Shown one piece after another: positions 36,537-47,789 of a DNA stretch of 64,000 nt (position 1 is its first letter; every line of letters starts with the position of its first letter). This DNA is from Hemiscyllium ocellatum (lineage: Eukaryota), in contig NC_083409.1 in the NCBI RefSeq assembly GCF_020745735.1, positions 19,798,341 to 19,862,340 on the forward strand, read 5' to 3'. The position numbers and the translations under genes are program-made. The notes beneath the pieces were generated by a model that ran no database searches, was not told the origin of the DNA, and was given only the letters and a program-made list of their open reading frames with translations.

Positions 36537-37061
36537 TGTGTTGGAGATAGTCCAGAGAGGAGACACAACTTTAAATAAAATAGGGCTGAGCTGGCAGGAC
36601 CAAGGTCATTGTCAGAACTGAATTTCACCTCTCTTCCTTCTCAGGACCGGTTAGAGACATTTCTGAGGTTCAGGGGTTATGGCAGTTCATTGGGACACTG
36701 TAGATAGAGCTTTTTGCTATGTCAAACCCCATGCTGTCCCTGTTCTGGGAGTGTTTGATGGGGACAGAGTTGACTTATGATGCCAAGTAAAATCTCTTGA
36801 AGTTCCTGAAGACTGTCAGCTGTACAAAACAATGTGAAACTCAGAAGTCTCTGCTTCAGTAAACCAGATCTCCTTCCTGCTCAGCCGCCAGTTCCAATTT
36901 AAGGTTTTATCACTGTTTGAAGGGACAGGATTCTCATGTTATTGAGAAAATCTCCACAAGTGTTTTCCTCAAGCTCCATTGTGGCTGTGAATTTGTGCAG
37001 CTTCCTCTGTCTGGGCTGTTAATTTCAGTCTGTTTTCTGTCAATGTCAATCTGGAAAATGG

Positions 37062-37067
37062 AATAAA
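37062..37067 (+). terminator. Poly(A) signal of C1 (distal, shared with C2)
   Basis: AATAAA followed by a GT-rich element (tttctgtgtctgtgtgctttg); conserved in C2 at 58934-58939. Confidence 0.75.
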
Positions 37068-37289
37068 GATGAAGAAGATTCAGTTTCTGTGTCTGTGTGC
37101 TTTGGAGATTGACCACTCCATTCAGCTGATTGGCTGCATTTCAGCATAGCATTGTCACAATTGGCTAATTGGCCTGTCAATCAATGACACATCCATTGTA
37201 GAGGATACTGACAGCCAATCATCAATCACTTTCAAATGATCCCTTTGATCTGCAATCTTTGGAGGTTACAAGATTCCAAACAGATTTCC

Positions 37290-38603
37290 ATTAATGACCA
37301 CCTGGACCATCGCTGACACCTCCCTCCCCTTCCTGGACCACTTCATCTCCATTAATGATGACCAACTTGACACTGACATTTTTTAAAAACCTACCGACAC
37401 CGAGGATTCCACCTCTTCCCAACCTACCTCTTGCAAAAATGCCATCCCGTATTCCCAATTCCTCCGCCTCTGCCATATCTGCTCCCAGGAGGACCTATTC
37501 CACCACAGAAAACACTAGATGGCCTCCTTCTTGAGAGATGGAAATTTCCCTTCCCACGTGGTCAAAGATGCCCTCCAACGCATCTCGTCCACATCACACC
37601 CCTCTACCCTCAAACCCTACCCTTCCAACCGTAACAAGGACAGAATCCCCCTGGTGCTCACCTTCTACCCTACCAATCTTCACATAAACCATATCATCCA
37701 ATGACATTTCCGCCACCTGCAAATGGACTCCACCACCAGGGATATATTTCCCTCCCACCCATTCCTGCTTTCCGCAAAGACCGTTCTCTCCACGACGACC
37801 TGGTCAGGTCCATGTCCCCCAACAACCCACCCTCCCTTCCTGACACCCTACCCTGCCATCACAGGAATTGCAAAACCTCTGCCCACACCTCCTCCCTCAC
37901 CTCCATCTAAGGCCCCAAAAGAGCCTTCCATATCCATCAACTTTTTACCAGCACATATACCAATATCATTTATTGTATCTGTTGCACCCGATGCGGTCTC
38001 CTCTACATTGGGGAGACTGGATGCCTCCTTGCAGAGTGCATTAGGGAACATCTCCGGGACAACCACACCAATCAACCCCACTGCCCTGTGGCCCAACATT
38101 TCACCTCCACCTCCCACTCTGCCAAGGACATGCAGGTCCTAGGCCTCCTCCACCGCCGCTCCCTCACCACCCGATGCCTGGAGGAAGAACGCCTCATCTT
38201 CCGCCTCGGAACACTTCAATCCCATGGCATCAATGTGGATTTCACCAGCTTCCTCATTTCTCCTTCACCCACCTCACCCCAGCTCCAACCTTCCATCCTC
38301 AGCACCATCCTCATGACCTGTTCTATCTGCTTATTTTCCTTTCCACCTATCCACTCCATCCTCTTCTCTGACCTATCATCTCCATCCCCACCCCCATTCA
38401 CCTATTGTACTCTATGCTACTTTCTCCCCAACCCCCTCTCATTTATCTCTCCACTCTGCAGGCACCCTGCTTCTATTCCTGATGAAACGTTGCCAGAAAC
38501 ATTGATTTTCTTTCTCCACGGATGCTGCCTGGCCTGCTGTGCTTTTCCAGCACTACTCTGATCTAGACTCTGGTTTCCAGCATCTGCAGTCCTTGTTTTT
38601 ACC
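37290..38603 (+). mobile_element. Penelope-like retroelement 3' part (RT C-terminus, GIY-YIG endonuclease, terminal repeat)
   Basis: NIIYCICCTRCGLLYIGETG...REHL...VAQHF...LIFRLGTLQSHGINVDF (~37920-38260); degenerate hammerhead core CTGATGA at 38479. Confidence 0.85.
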
Positions 38604-38744
38604 TAGAAACAGAAAGCTGTTAGGACTCAATAATTACAATCTTCGGCATTCCCTCTTCACACTGTGGTCCAGGCTCAGGTGCTGGGATTGCACTCTGCAC
38701 TCTTTGCTGTATGCTGTGTTGTACCTGAAGTGATCTTAGGCCAA

Positions 38745-38959
38745 TCACTGACACTGCAGGCTGCGTGTCCCTCTGAGTGTGAGTGTACTACATAATGCTG
38801 CCTGTAGGTGTCACTCTGAGTGTGGGTGTGTTATTCAGAGAGACACCTACAGGGAGCATGGAGTGTGAGCATGTTACTCAGTGCTGCCTGACTGTCTTGA
38901 GTGTGTGTGTTACTCAGTGCTGCCTAACTCTCTGAGTGTGTGTGTGTGTGTGTGTGTGT
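38745..38959. repeat. Degenerate ~35-bp minisatellite ending in (GT)12
   Basis: Recurring gagtgtg...gttactcagtgctgcct; pure GT at 38936-38959. Confidence 0.7.
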
Positions 38960-39019
38960 TATTCTGCACTGGCTGTAGGCAGTGCAATGATTTGGAGATG
39001 TTGGTGTTGGACTGGGGTG

Positions 39020-39220
39020 TACAAAGTTAAAAATCACACAACACCAGTTTATAGTCCAACAGGTTTAATTGGAAGCTCACTAACTTTCGGAGCGCCGCTC
39101 CTTCATCAAAGGAATGTCCTCCACAACCACCTGATGAAGGAGCGGCGCTCCGAAAGCGAGTGTGCTTCCAATTAAACCTGTTGGACTACAATCTGGTGTT
39201 GTGTGATTTTTAACTTTGTA
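39020..39220. mobile_element. Palindromic dimer of Penelope family-B ends (89-bp arms, 23-nt spacer)
   Basis: Arms 39020-39108 and 39132-39220 are 84/89 complementary; each arm carries a hammerhead-like core. Confidence 0.8.
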
Positions 39221-39444
39221 TCTCAATGAGTGGGAGTGTGTGCTGCCTCTCGGTGTCTCTGAGGTATTTGTCTCTGAGTTATGGGTAGAGAACGGGCTTT
39301 GTGATGGGGATTGAAGATTAGGCTTTAATGTTGTCAAATTTCGGAAGAAAAACAACTCAGTCTGAGATGGCAGCTCATTGAGGTGGCCAAGGTTAAAAAT
39401 CACACAACACCAGGTTATAGTCCAACAGGTTTCTTTGGAAGTTC

Positions 39445-39473
39445 AAGCTTTCAGAGCACTGCTCCTTCATCAG
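39445..39473 (-). ncRNA. Minimal hammerhead-ribozyme motif (family B), best-preserved copy
   Basis: CTGATGA-A-GGAGC AGT GCTCT-GAAAGCTT; helix III palindrome AGCT intact. Confidence 0.6.
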
Positions 39474-39944
39474 GCAGCTAGTGGGGCAGGATCATAGTTC
39501 ACAGAATTTACAGTGAAATTGAGACGGCAGCTGAGAAAGGTGAATACTGAGAGTGTATTCTCAGTAAGGGAAGGATTTCAGAGGCAGTGCACACTGTGCC
39601 CCCTAATGTGCTCCCCAATTACAATGGGATTTTCTGGAGCTGGGATCATTGCAGTATTGACTGCCTGCTCAGCCAATGCTGACTAGCCATAGTCGTATTT
39701 CAATGGTCAATTAGCTCCAAACTAAATGCAGCAATATTACTTTACAGGGAGGAGAGCAGTGAGTGAGGTTGAATTCTTGCAGCCCAAAGAGGGATTGCAG
39801 TGGATTAATGAAGGTTGCTACCACTATGAAGATGCCACCTTCACTCCCCCTGCCTCAGCTGTGGTGACCCTCGGGTTAAACACACCACCAGTCATCTCTG
39901 TCTGTAATGAGCGAGTGGGACTATGCTCCCACGGGAGGATTCTG

Positions 39945-40240
39945 GATCAGTGGTGCTGGAAGAGCACAGCAGTTCAGGCAGCATCCAACGAGCAGCGAAA
40001 TCGACATTTCGGGCAAAAGCCCTTCATCAGGAATAAAGGCAGTGACCCTGAAGCGTGGAGAGATAAGCTCGGGGAGGATGGGGGTGGGGAGAGACCCACT
40101 TTCCTGGGTGCTGGAGGGAAGGAGAAAGTGAAGACTGCAGATGGTGGAGAGTGTGTTGCTGGGAAACCGCAGCAGGTCAGGCAGCATCCGAGGAGCAGGA
40201 TAATCAATGTTTTGGGCATAAGCTCTTCATTAGGAATGGA
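39945..40240 (-). mobile_element. Two tandem Penelope family-A ends
   Basis: Hammerhead motif at 40003-40030 (CTGATGA-A-GGGC TTTT GCCC-GAAATGTC) and a degenerate one at ~40205-40232. Confidence 0.7.
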
Positions 40241-40589
40241 AGGAAGGCCAACCCCTCCCAAAGGCAGCAACAGGTTGGATCAAAGGGGCATCAAGAGTAA
40301 GCATGGGGAGATTGAGGGTGACAGAAGGAGGGGTTTGGTTGGCAGTTTGTTATTCAGAGTCAGGTCCCAGAGTATCAATCCTTCTGACACTCCCCTTTTT
40401 ATCTGTCAGCCGGGGCTCCCCGATTGGACAAGGTTAATAACCCATCAAGGAACTCATATTTTATTGAAAAACAATTATCGAACAAGGAGCACAAGATCTA
40501 AATGAGACAAGATAAAATGAATGGTTTCATTATGAACATCATAAATGAGATTTGGGAAATAAGATTTTCATTCTGGGTGATGGGAATCT

Positions 40590-40915
40590 GGAATGGACTG
40601 TCACAGACTGTCACAGTGTGGAAACAGGCCATTTGGCCCAACAAGCCAACACCAACCCTCTGAAGACAGACTCCCTGAGACACATTCCCCTCCCCTTTTT
40701 CTCAACATCTCCCCTGACTGACAGATTCTTGATCACTGTGGCAATTTTAGAATGGCCAATTCACCTAACCTGCACATCTTTAGATTGTGGGAGGAAACCC
40801 ACACAGACACAGGGGGAGCGTGCAAATTCCACAAAGACAGTCACCTCGGGCTGCAATCGAACCCAGGTCCCTGGTGCTGTGAGGCAGCAGTGCTAACCAC
40901 TGAGCCACCATACCG
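40590..40915 (-). mobile_element. HE1-type SINE
   Basis: Reverse-complement HE1 head and body. Confidence 0.75.
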
Positions 40916-41499
40916 CACATTAAAGAACAGGAGCTTTTGCTAAACTCCGTGAGCCTGACGTGAAATGAATTATAAACACACATCACTCTGTCAGGGAAGG
41001 TAGTGGAGGCTGGAAACCTTACAACATTTAAATATAATAACATGCAAGGATTTGGGATAAGTGCAGGAAATTGGGATTAGAGTCCTTTAGTGGCAGTTAT
41101 GGCAGTGCAGACTCAATGGGCCGAAGGGCCTTTTCTGTGCTGTATCAATCTACGCTCCATGCTGAGAGGGCAGGGCAGGTTAATGGTGACTAGGTTAGAC
41201 AGTTCCAAGATGGCAAATCAATGATCAAGGGTCAGAGGAAATGGCTCAAGCTTCAGTGAAGGCCCAAGTAAGTGCTTGGGAGGAGGGTCAGGGCTAATGG
41301 AGACTGAGTGAGGGCACAGGGTGCTGCCTGGCATCTCCAGGGGTTGTAGTGAGGCATGTGGGGACAAGAGGGGAGTGTGTAGGGAGGCAGTGCAGTTCCA
41401 GTTGAATTGCGACCTTTGCGGCAACAGCATGACCTTCAGCACCAGGGGGTGTCCCTGACTGTGTCAGGCTCACTGGCTGCTCTCTGTGTGATTCCACAC

Positions 41500-41760
41500 A
41501 GCCACCCACGTGGTCACCACGCAAGGTCTGGCTCTTGTCTACACTACTATCTACACCACCATCTGCAACTACCGTCTGGACCTTCTGTCTACAACACCAT
41601 CTGCTCCCACCGTCTGCACCCTTGGTCTGCACCACCGAGTGTACCCACTGTCTGCACCCAGCATCCACAGTCACTGTCTAGTCCCTCTGTTTGCACCCAC
41701 CATCTGCACTCACTGTCTACACCGCTGTCTGCACCCTCCATCTACACCTCCCATCTTTCT
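41500..41760. repeat. Degenerate ~12-bp tandem array (caccgtctgcac-like)
   Basis: Recurring cacc(a/g)tctgc / ctgtct(a/g)cac units. Confidence 0.65.
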
Positions 41761-44700
41761 GCTGTTGTAAGATTGTATCCAATGATTCCATTGAGATTAC
41801 TGCACCCGAAGCCTGAATTTTAGAACCGGCAATGATTGTCTTCTAACCCTGACCTACAAAGTCTGTGTTCCATGTAATGGAAAATTAACAAAATTAACAT
41901 TTACTCTGAAATCTATTTACTCTGAAATCTGAAAGACAGTACTAGACTAAAATTAAAACTCTCTGACACTTTGCTGAAGTATGCAGTCGAGGGGCAGCTT
42001 CTCCCTGAGGAACTTTGTAAACATTCAACAAGAGAAAAATATAAGAACAGTCTGTCCACAACAAGAGAATGAAAAGAATAATAACTCAAATCTTCACAGT
42101 CTTTGTCCTTGAGAGTGTGATAAGAAACAGGATAAGGCGAATATCTGAATTATGCTCAGGGCCCTTGCACAAGGCATTTTTGTCAAGTACATGTGGTCCC
42201 CCTGCAATGCAGGGGTTAAAAAATAATCATAAAGCTCTTTTTGGTTGCTCTTGCTAATAGTTGACTCGAGTCAATTTAATTTCTACAACATTCCACAATG
42301 GGCTGAGTAATATTAATTACTGAATGTTATTTGATTTCTGTGATGGCAGGACTGACGTATAAGGAGAGGTTGAGTTGGTGAGGATTGTATTCACTGGAGT
42401 TTAAAACAGTTAAGGAAAGGAACCTTGGAGAAATCTATAAAATTGGAACAGGATGAGACAAGTCAAATGGAGGAAGGATGTTCCCAATGGTGCGGGAGTC
42501 CAGAACCACGTTCATAGTTTCAGGTTAAGAGGTAAACTCTACAGGGCAGAGATGAGGAAAAATGTCTTCACCCAGAGAGTGGTGAGCCTGTGGAATTCTC
42601 TGTCACAGAAAGTGGTTGAGGCCAAAACATTATGTTTTGAAGGAGGCAGAGATAGCTCTTGTGGCTAAGGAACCAAGGCATCTGGGGTAGGGAGGGATTA
42701 CAGTAATCTGCTCCATGATCAGCCACAATCATCTTGAGAGGCAGAGCAGGCTGGAGGGGCCAATGGCCTACTCCTGCTCCTATCCTTTATGTTTCTACAT
42801 TGTGTAAAATGGATTGCCAGGTGGAGGGCACTCTGTCAGATGGGTAAGTATCCATTCACAGATTCCCCCCACACCACTCCCCTTCCATTTTAATTGGGTC
42901 CACTCCCTCTCTTCTTATGTCTTTGTTATCTGACCAGTGACCACACCTCCCCTTCACCACCCCGGTAGGGAGCTGTGCTTATAACCCATCGTTTGTTTTA
43001 ATTTGCTAACTGGGTGATGTGGCGGTGGGACTATCAAAAACAGGAAGCGCTGAATTCTTATCGTCCCTTGTGCTGATTTTGTTGTGTGTCTCCCTCAATA
43101 TGGGTGACACAGCACTGCTGCCTCACAGAGCCAGGGAGCCAGGTTCGAGAGACATACAGCGCAGAAATAGGCCATTCGGCCCACCAAGTCTATGCCAACC
43201 ACCACACACTAAACTACACTAATCCCATTTACCCGAAGTTGTCAGGAGCCTATTGTCTCCTGGAATTAAAAGCGCTCATCCAAATGTATTTTAAAGGTTG
43301 TGAGATTTTCAGCCTGCACCACCCTCTCAGGCAGCATGTTCCACATAGCTACCACACACTGGGTCAAAAAATACTTTCACCTTAATCTTATGACCTCTGA
43401 TCTTAAACAGGTCTGGGTGAGGAGCGGAGGCTGCAGAACAGTGTGAGAGGTCAGGAGTGGAGAGAGGGAGAACAGTGTGAGGGTGAGGAATGGAGGCTGG
43501 AGCAGGAAGACACTTGTGTTCTGGAAAGCAGCACAAATAGGGAAGAGATCCAAGAACTGGTGGGAATAATCTCCATGCTTCCTAACAGTAGCTTTATGGT
43601 GGGAAAGAGAATAAATCAGGAGATAATGAGGGCCAGGAACAAAGGCTGCTCATTAATTACAAAGGAATAATTACAATTAATCGTCAGGTCAATTATTCAT
43701 AGTCAGATTTTTCTTTTTAATTCATTCACGGGATGAGGACATCACTGACTAGGTAAGCATTTATTACCCACCCCTAATTGCCCCAGAGGGCAGTTAACAG
43801 TCATCCACATTGCTGTGGGATTGGATTCCCATGTAGGCCAGGCCAGGGAAGGATGGTAGTTCCTTCCCTAAAGGACGTTAGTAAACCAGATGGGTTTTCC
43901 TGACAATCGACATGGATTCATGGACATCATTGGACTTTTAATTGCAGATTTTTTTTTGTTCTTGAATTTAAATTCTCCCATCTGCCACGGTGGGATTTGA
44001 ACCTGAGTCCCTGGAACTATATCTGGGTCTCTGTGCATTAATCACAGAAGGTTAGTGTGTAAGTACAGCAAGTCATCAGGAAAGCTCATAGAAAGTTATG
44101 GTGTAGTGTGAGGGGAAACTGAATGCAAGACTTCATTGCAACATGCAAGATCCTGAGGGGCCTTGACTGGGTGGATGTGGAAAAGATGCTTCCTCTTGTG
44201 GGAGAATTCAGAACGAGGGATCACAGTTTAAAATTAAGGGAGAGTCCATTCAAAACAGAGATTCAGAAACATGTTTTTTCTCTCAGAGTTGTCAGTCTTT
44301 GGAATTCCCTTCCTTAAAAGGCAGTGGATGCAGAATCTTCAGATATTTTTAAGGCCGAGGTGGATAGATTCTTGATGACTGAAGGGATGGAACATTATCT
44401 GAGAATGTAGAGTTGAGGTTAAAATCAGATCAACCATCGAAGGCTGTCACTTATATTTTCTACCTGCAGATTAAGCTGCATGTGCAACAGGCCTCATCTG
44501 CACAGTATTTTCTCCAGCCTTTCACAATGATATGCGAAAGATACTGGCCCCACAATCAATCTTGTTGAATGGGGAAGCAGGTTCAAAGGGCCGAGTGGCC
44601 TACTTTTTTTCTTTGCCCATATGGTGCCTCATACACCTTCACACAATCGGAGATTGTCGTTTGTATTTTCTACCTGCAGATTAAGCTGTTTGTGTAATCG

Positions 44701-47700
44701 GCCTCATCTGCACAGTGTTTTCTACAGCCTTCCAACGTGACATGCTAAAGATACTGGTCCTATAATCAATCCATTTACTCTCTGAGTTGGTTTACTTAAA
44801 ACAATAAAACACATTACAAGTCATGAAACAAACATTACAGCAAGCAATAATAGGCAACACAAAGCCTCAGTAATTAACACTACTGCCTCACAACACGAGG
44901 GATCCACCTCAGGCAGGTCTGTGTGGAGTCTGCACATTCTCCCTATGTCTGTGTGGGCTTCCCTCGCGTGCTCTGCTTTCCTCCCACAGTCCAAAGATCT
45001 GCAGACTGGTAAATTGGCCGTGCTAAATTGCCCAGAGTGTACAGGGATGTGCAGGCTCGGTGGAGTAGCCATTGAAAAATACAGAGATAGGATAGGGGTC
45101 TTGGTGGAATGACCTTCAGAGTGGCAGTGTGGACTCAACGGGCTGAATGGCCTATTTCAACACTATAGGGATTCTGTGATACAAATGTAAGTTCCTTCTT
45201 TCCATTCTAGCCCTGAAGCATGCATGTGGTTCTGTCTCATATCCACTCAAGAGATGGCAACCCGCTGAAGACAGGAGCAGCCTCTATTTTTTTGGAAAGT
45301 ACTTTTCCACTCTGTGTCCTTCACAGCCTTGTAGACAGCAACAATGAGATCGGGAAATAATCCAAAGCTATAATCTTCTGGACTCTTCATTAAACTGTGG
45401 AACCTGAAAAGCACAATTAAGGCCCAAGTCAATGAAGATATTTCTCAGCACGCCCCAGGAGTCAAAATAACTGAGTAGATCATTGCTCTGAATTGTTCAT
45501 AAATTGCACCTTCACATTTCTGGAGGCTTTGATCAAAAAGGTTGCTTACTCCTCTCCAAAATACAGCTTAAAATCAGGTCCAACTCCCAACCATCCAGCT
45601 GAGAGCGGAGCCCTGTACAAACTTGAACCTGGTCAGTGGGAGCACTGTCACCTCTGTCTCAGAAGCTTTGGGGAGTCTATTTTGATCATAGAGTCCTTCA
45701 GCACTGGAGGCTGTTCAGAGGATGTTCCCCAGACTGATCCCAGGGATGAAAGGGCTGTCCTACGAGGAGCAGTTAAAGAGCTTGGGCTTGTACTCACTGG
45801 AGTTCAAAAGAATGAGGAGGGATCTGATTGAGGGATAGAAAATGTGAAAGGGGATTGATAAGGTGGATGTTGAATAGATGCTCCCCCTTGTGGGACAGTC
45901 TGGAACAAGAGGTCATCGATATCGAGTGAGAGGAGGTAGGTTCAAAACTGAGAGGAGGAGAAACTACTTCTCCCAGAGGGTTGTGAATCTGTGAAACACA
46001 ATGCCCCAGAGTGCAGTGGAGGCAGAATCAATCAACAGGTTCAAGAACGATGTGTTTCTGATGAAAAGTGAGATAAAGAGCGATGGGGAGCAGGCAGGAG
46101 AGTGGAGTTGAGACCAGGATAAGATCAGCCATGGTCCTGTTAAATGGCGGAGTAGGCTCGAAGGACTGAATTGCCTCCTCCCACTCCTAATTCCTATGTT
46201 GAACACACAGTCAAGGCTGACACTGCAAAACTGAGGGAGCTGTTGTCTTTCAGGTGAGATACAAAACAGAGATCCTGCCACAATCTATCGAACTGTACTA
46301 TCTCCCCCAGTGACAAATGCTGGAATTTGAATTCAAATCACAAAGCAAGCCTCATTAATGGTGACCACGATAATGATCCCTGAATGCTGTCCAGCCTCAG
46401 CCTTACCCAGTCTGGACTTCATGTGTCTCCAGCCCCACAGCAATCTGGTTAACTCTTAGGTGCCTTTTGAGAGGCCACAGCAAGGCCAGCAGTTCAAGGG
46501 CAATTAGTCTTGGGTAAGAAATGCTGATCTATGCCAGTGACACCCACCTCCCAGAAAACAGAATGCAACAGAGATTGATGTCAGCCAAAATTGTCAGATC
46601 AGACTCCCAATGAGATGGGGAGATGGTTAAAAATGAATTCAGCTCAGTACGGAACAGATTCCCACTTGTTTACACATTATTGCTGACAAAATAAGTGAGA
46701 GAAAACAGAAAACGAAAGGTGAGAACACTCACATGTGGGAATATCAATGAAAATTCAGGCAACTGAAGGAAGACATGAAGAACTGCAAAGGAAGACAAAA
46801 AGGAAGCGAGTTACAGAAAAGTGATGGAGAAAGAGACCTGCAAGGGGTCACAAGAATAATACAAATGTTTTACTTGAAAATTAGAAAACCAAGGGGGCTC
46901 CAGTGCAATGTGAGACCTTTAAAAACAAACTGGGAATTCCATGAATGAGCCTAAGGGAATGGCTGATATGTACAATAATTAGATGTGTCAGTCTTCATAG
47001 TCAACGAATGACATAATGCAGCTTATATTCCAGGGAGGTCCTGCCACAATTGAAGACTGGAATTTGCAAAACTTGATACATGCCAGAAAACAGCATTGGA
47101 AAGCGAGCAGCTCTAAAGGCCGACAGATCTTCAGGACCTCAGGGGTTTAAAGGAAGGGGGAGGAGGTGGGGGGGAAGTTTCAGAGGCTTTTCCCATCAGG
47201 TTCCAAAGCAGCAACCACTCCTTTAGTTTGGAAAATATCCTGCTGTAACTCCAGAGGTTCAAGAAAGATGAGAGCGGGAACTGTGGAAATTACATTCTGG
47301 TCAATCTAACATCTCTTTTGAGGTTTCCATTGGAATCTATAATTAACCGCCGAGAGAATGAACATGTAGAGAATTGGAAATAGCCCACATAGATTTGTGA
47401 TGGCTGGGTTCTGACTAATGAACCAAATGCATAAACTAAATAGTCGATAGGGCAGCAAGTTCGGAAGTACTCGATAATTTCCCACAAAACAGTCTGCTGA
47501 TCAAAGTTAAAACCCATGGGATTGAAGATGAATGTTTGACTTGGTTTGGAGGCTGGTTTAGTGACAGACAACAGGGAAAGAAAGTGACAAGTGGTGTTCC
47601 ACAAGAATTCTGTGGTGAGGCCTTAACTACTTACTGTATGTATGAATGAGAATCATAGTTTCACATTGACACAAAGACTGATGGAATAGTAAGCAGTGCA

Positions 47701-47789
47701 GATGGTCTTTTTTGTTTAAAACTCACTCTGAGGACATGGGTGTTGCTATCTGGGCCAGCGTTTATTACACATTCTGTGTTGTCCTTGTG

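Noticed and set aside
39726-40505. Longest ORF in the track (259 aa)
   Set aside because: It reads through two antisense Penelope tails and unrelated flanks, with no domain coherence.
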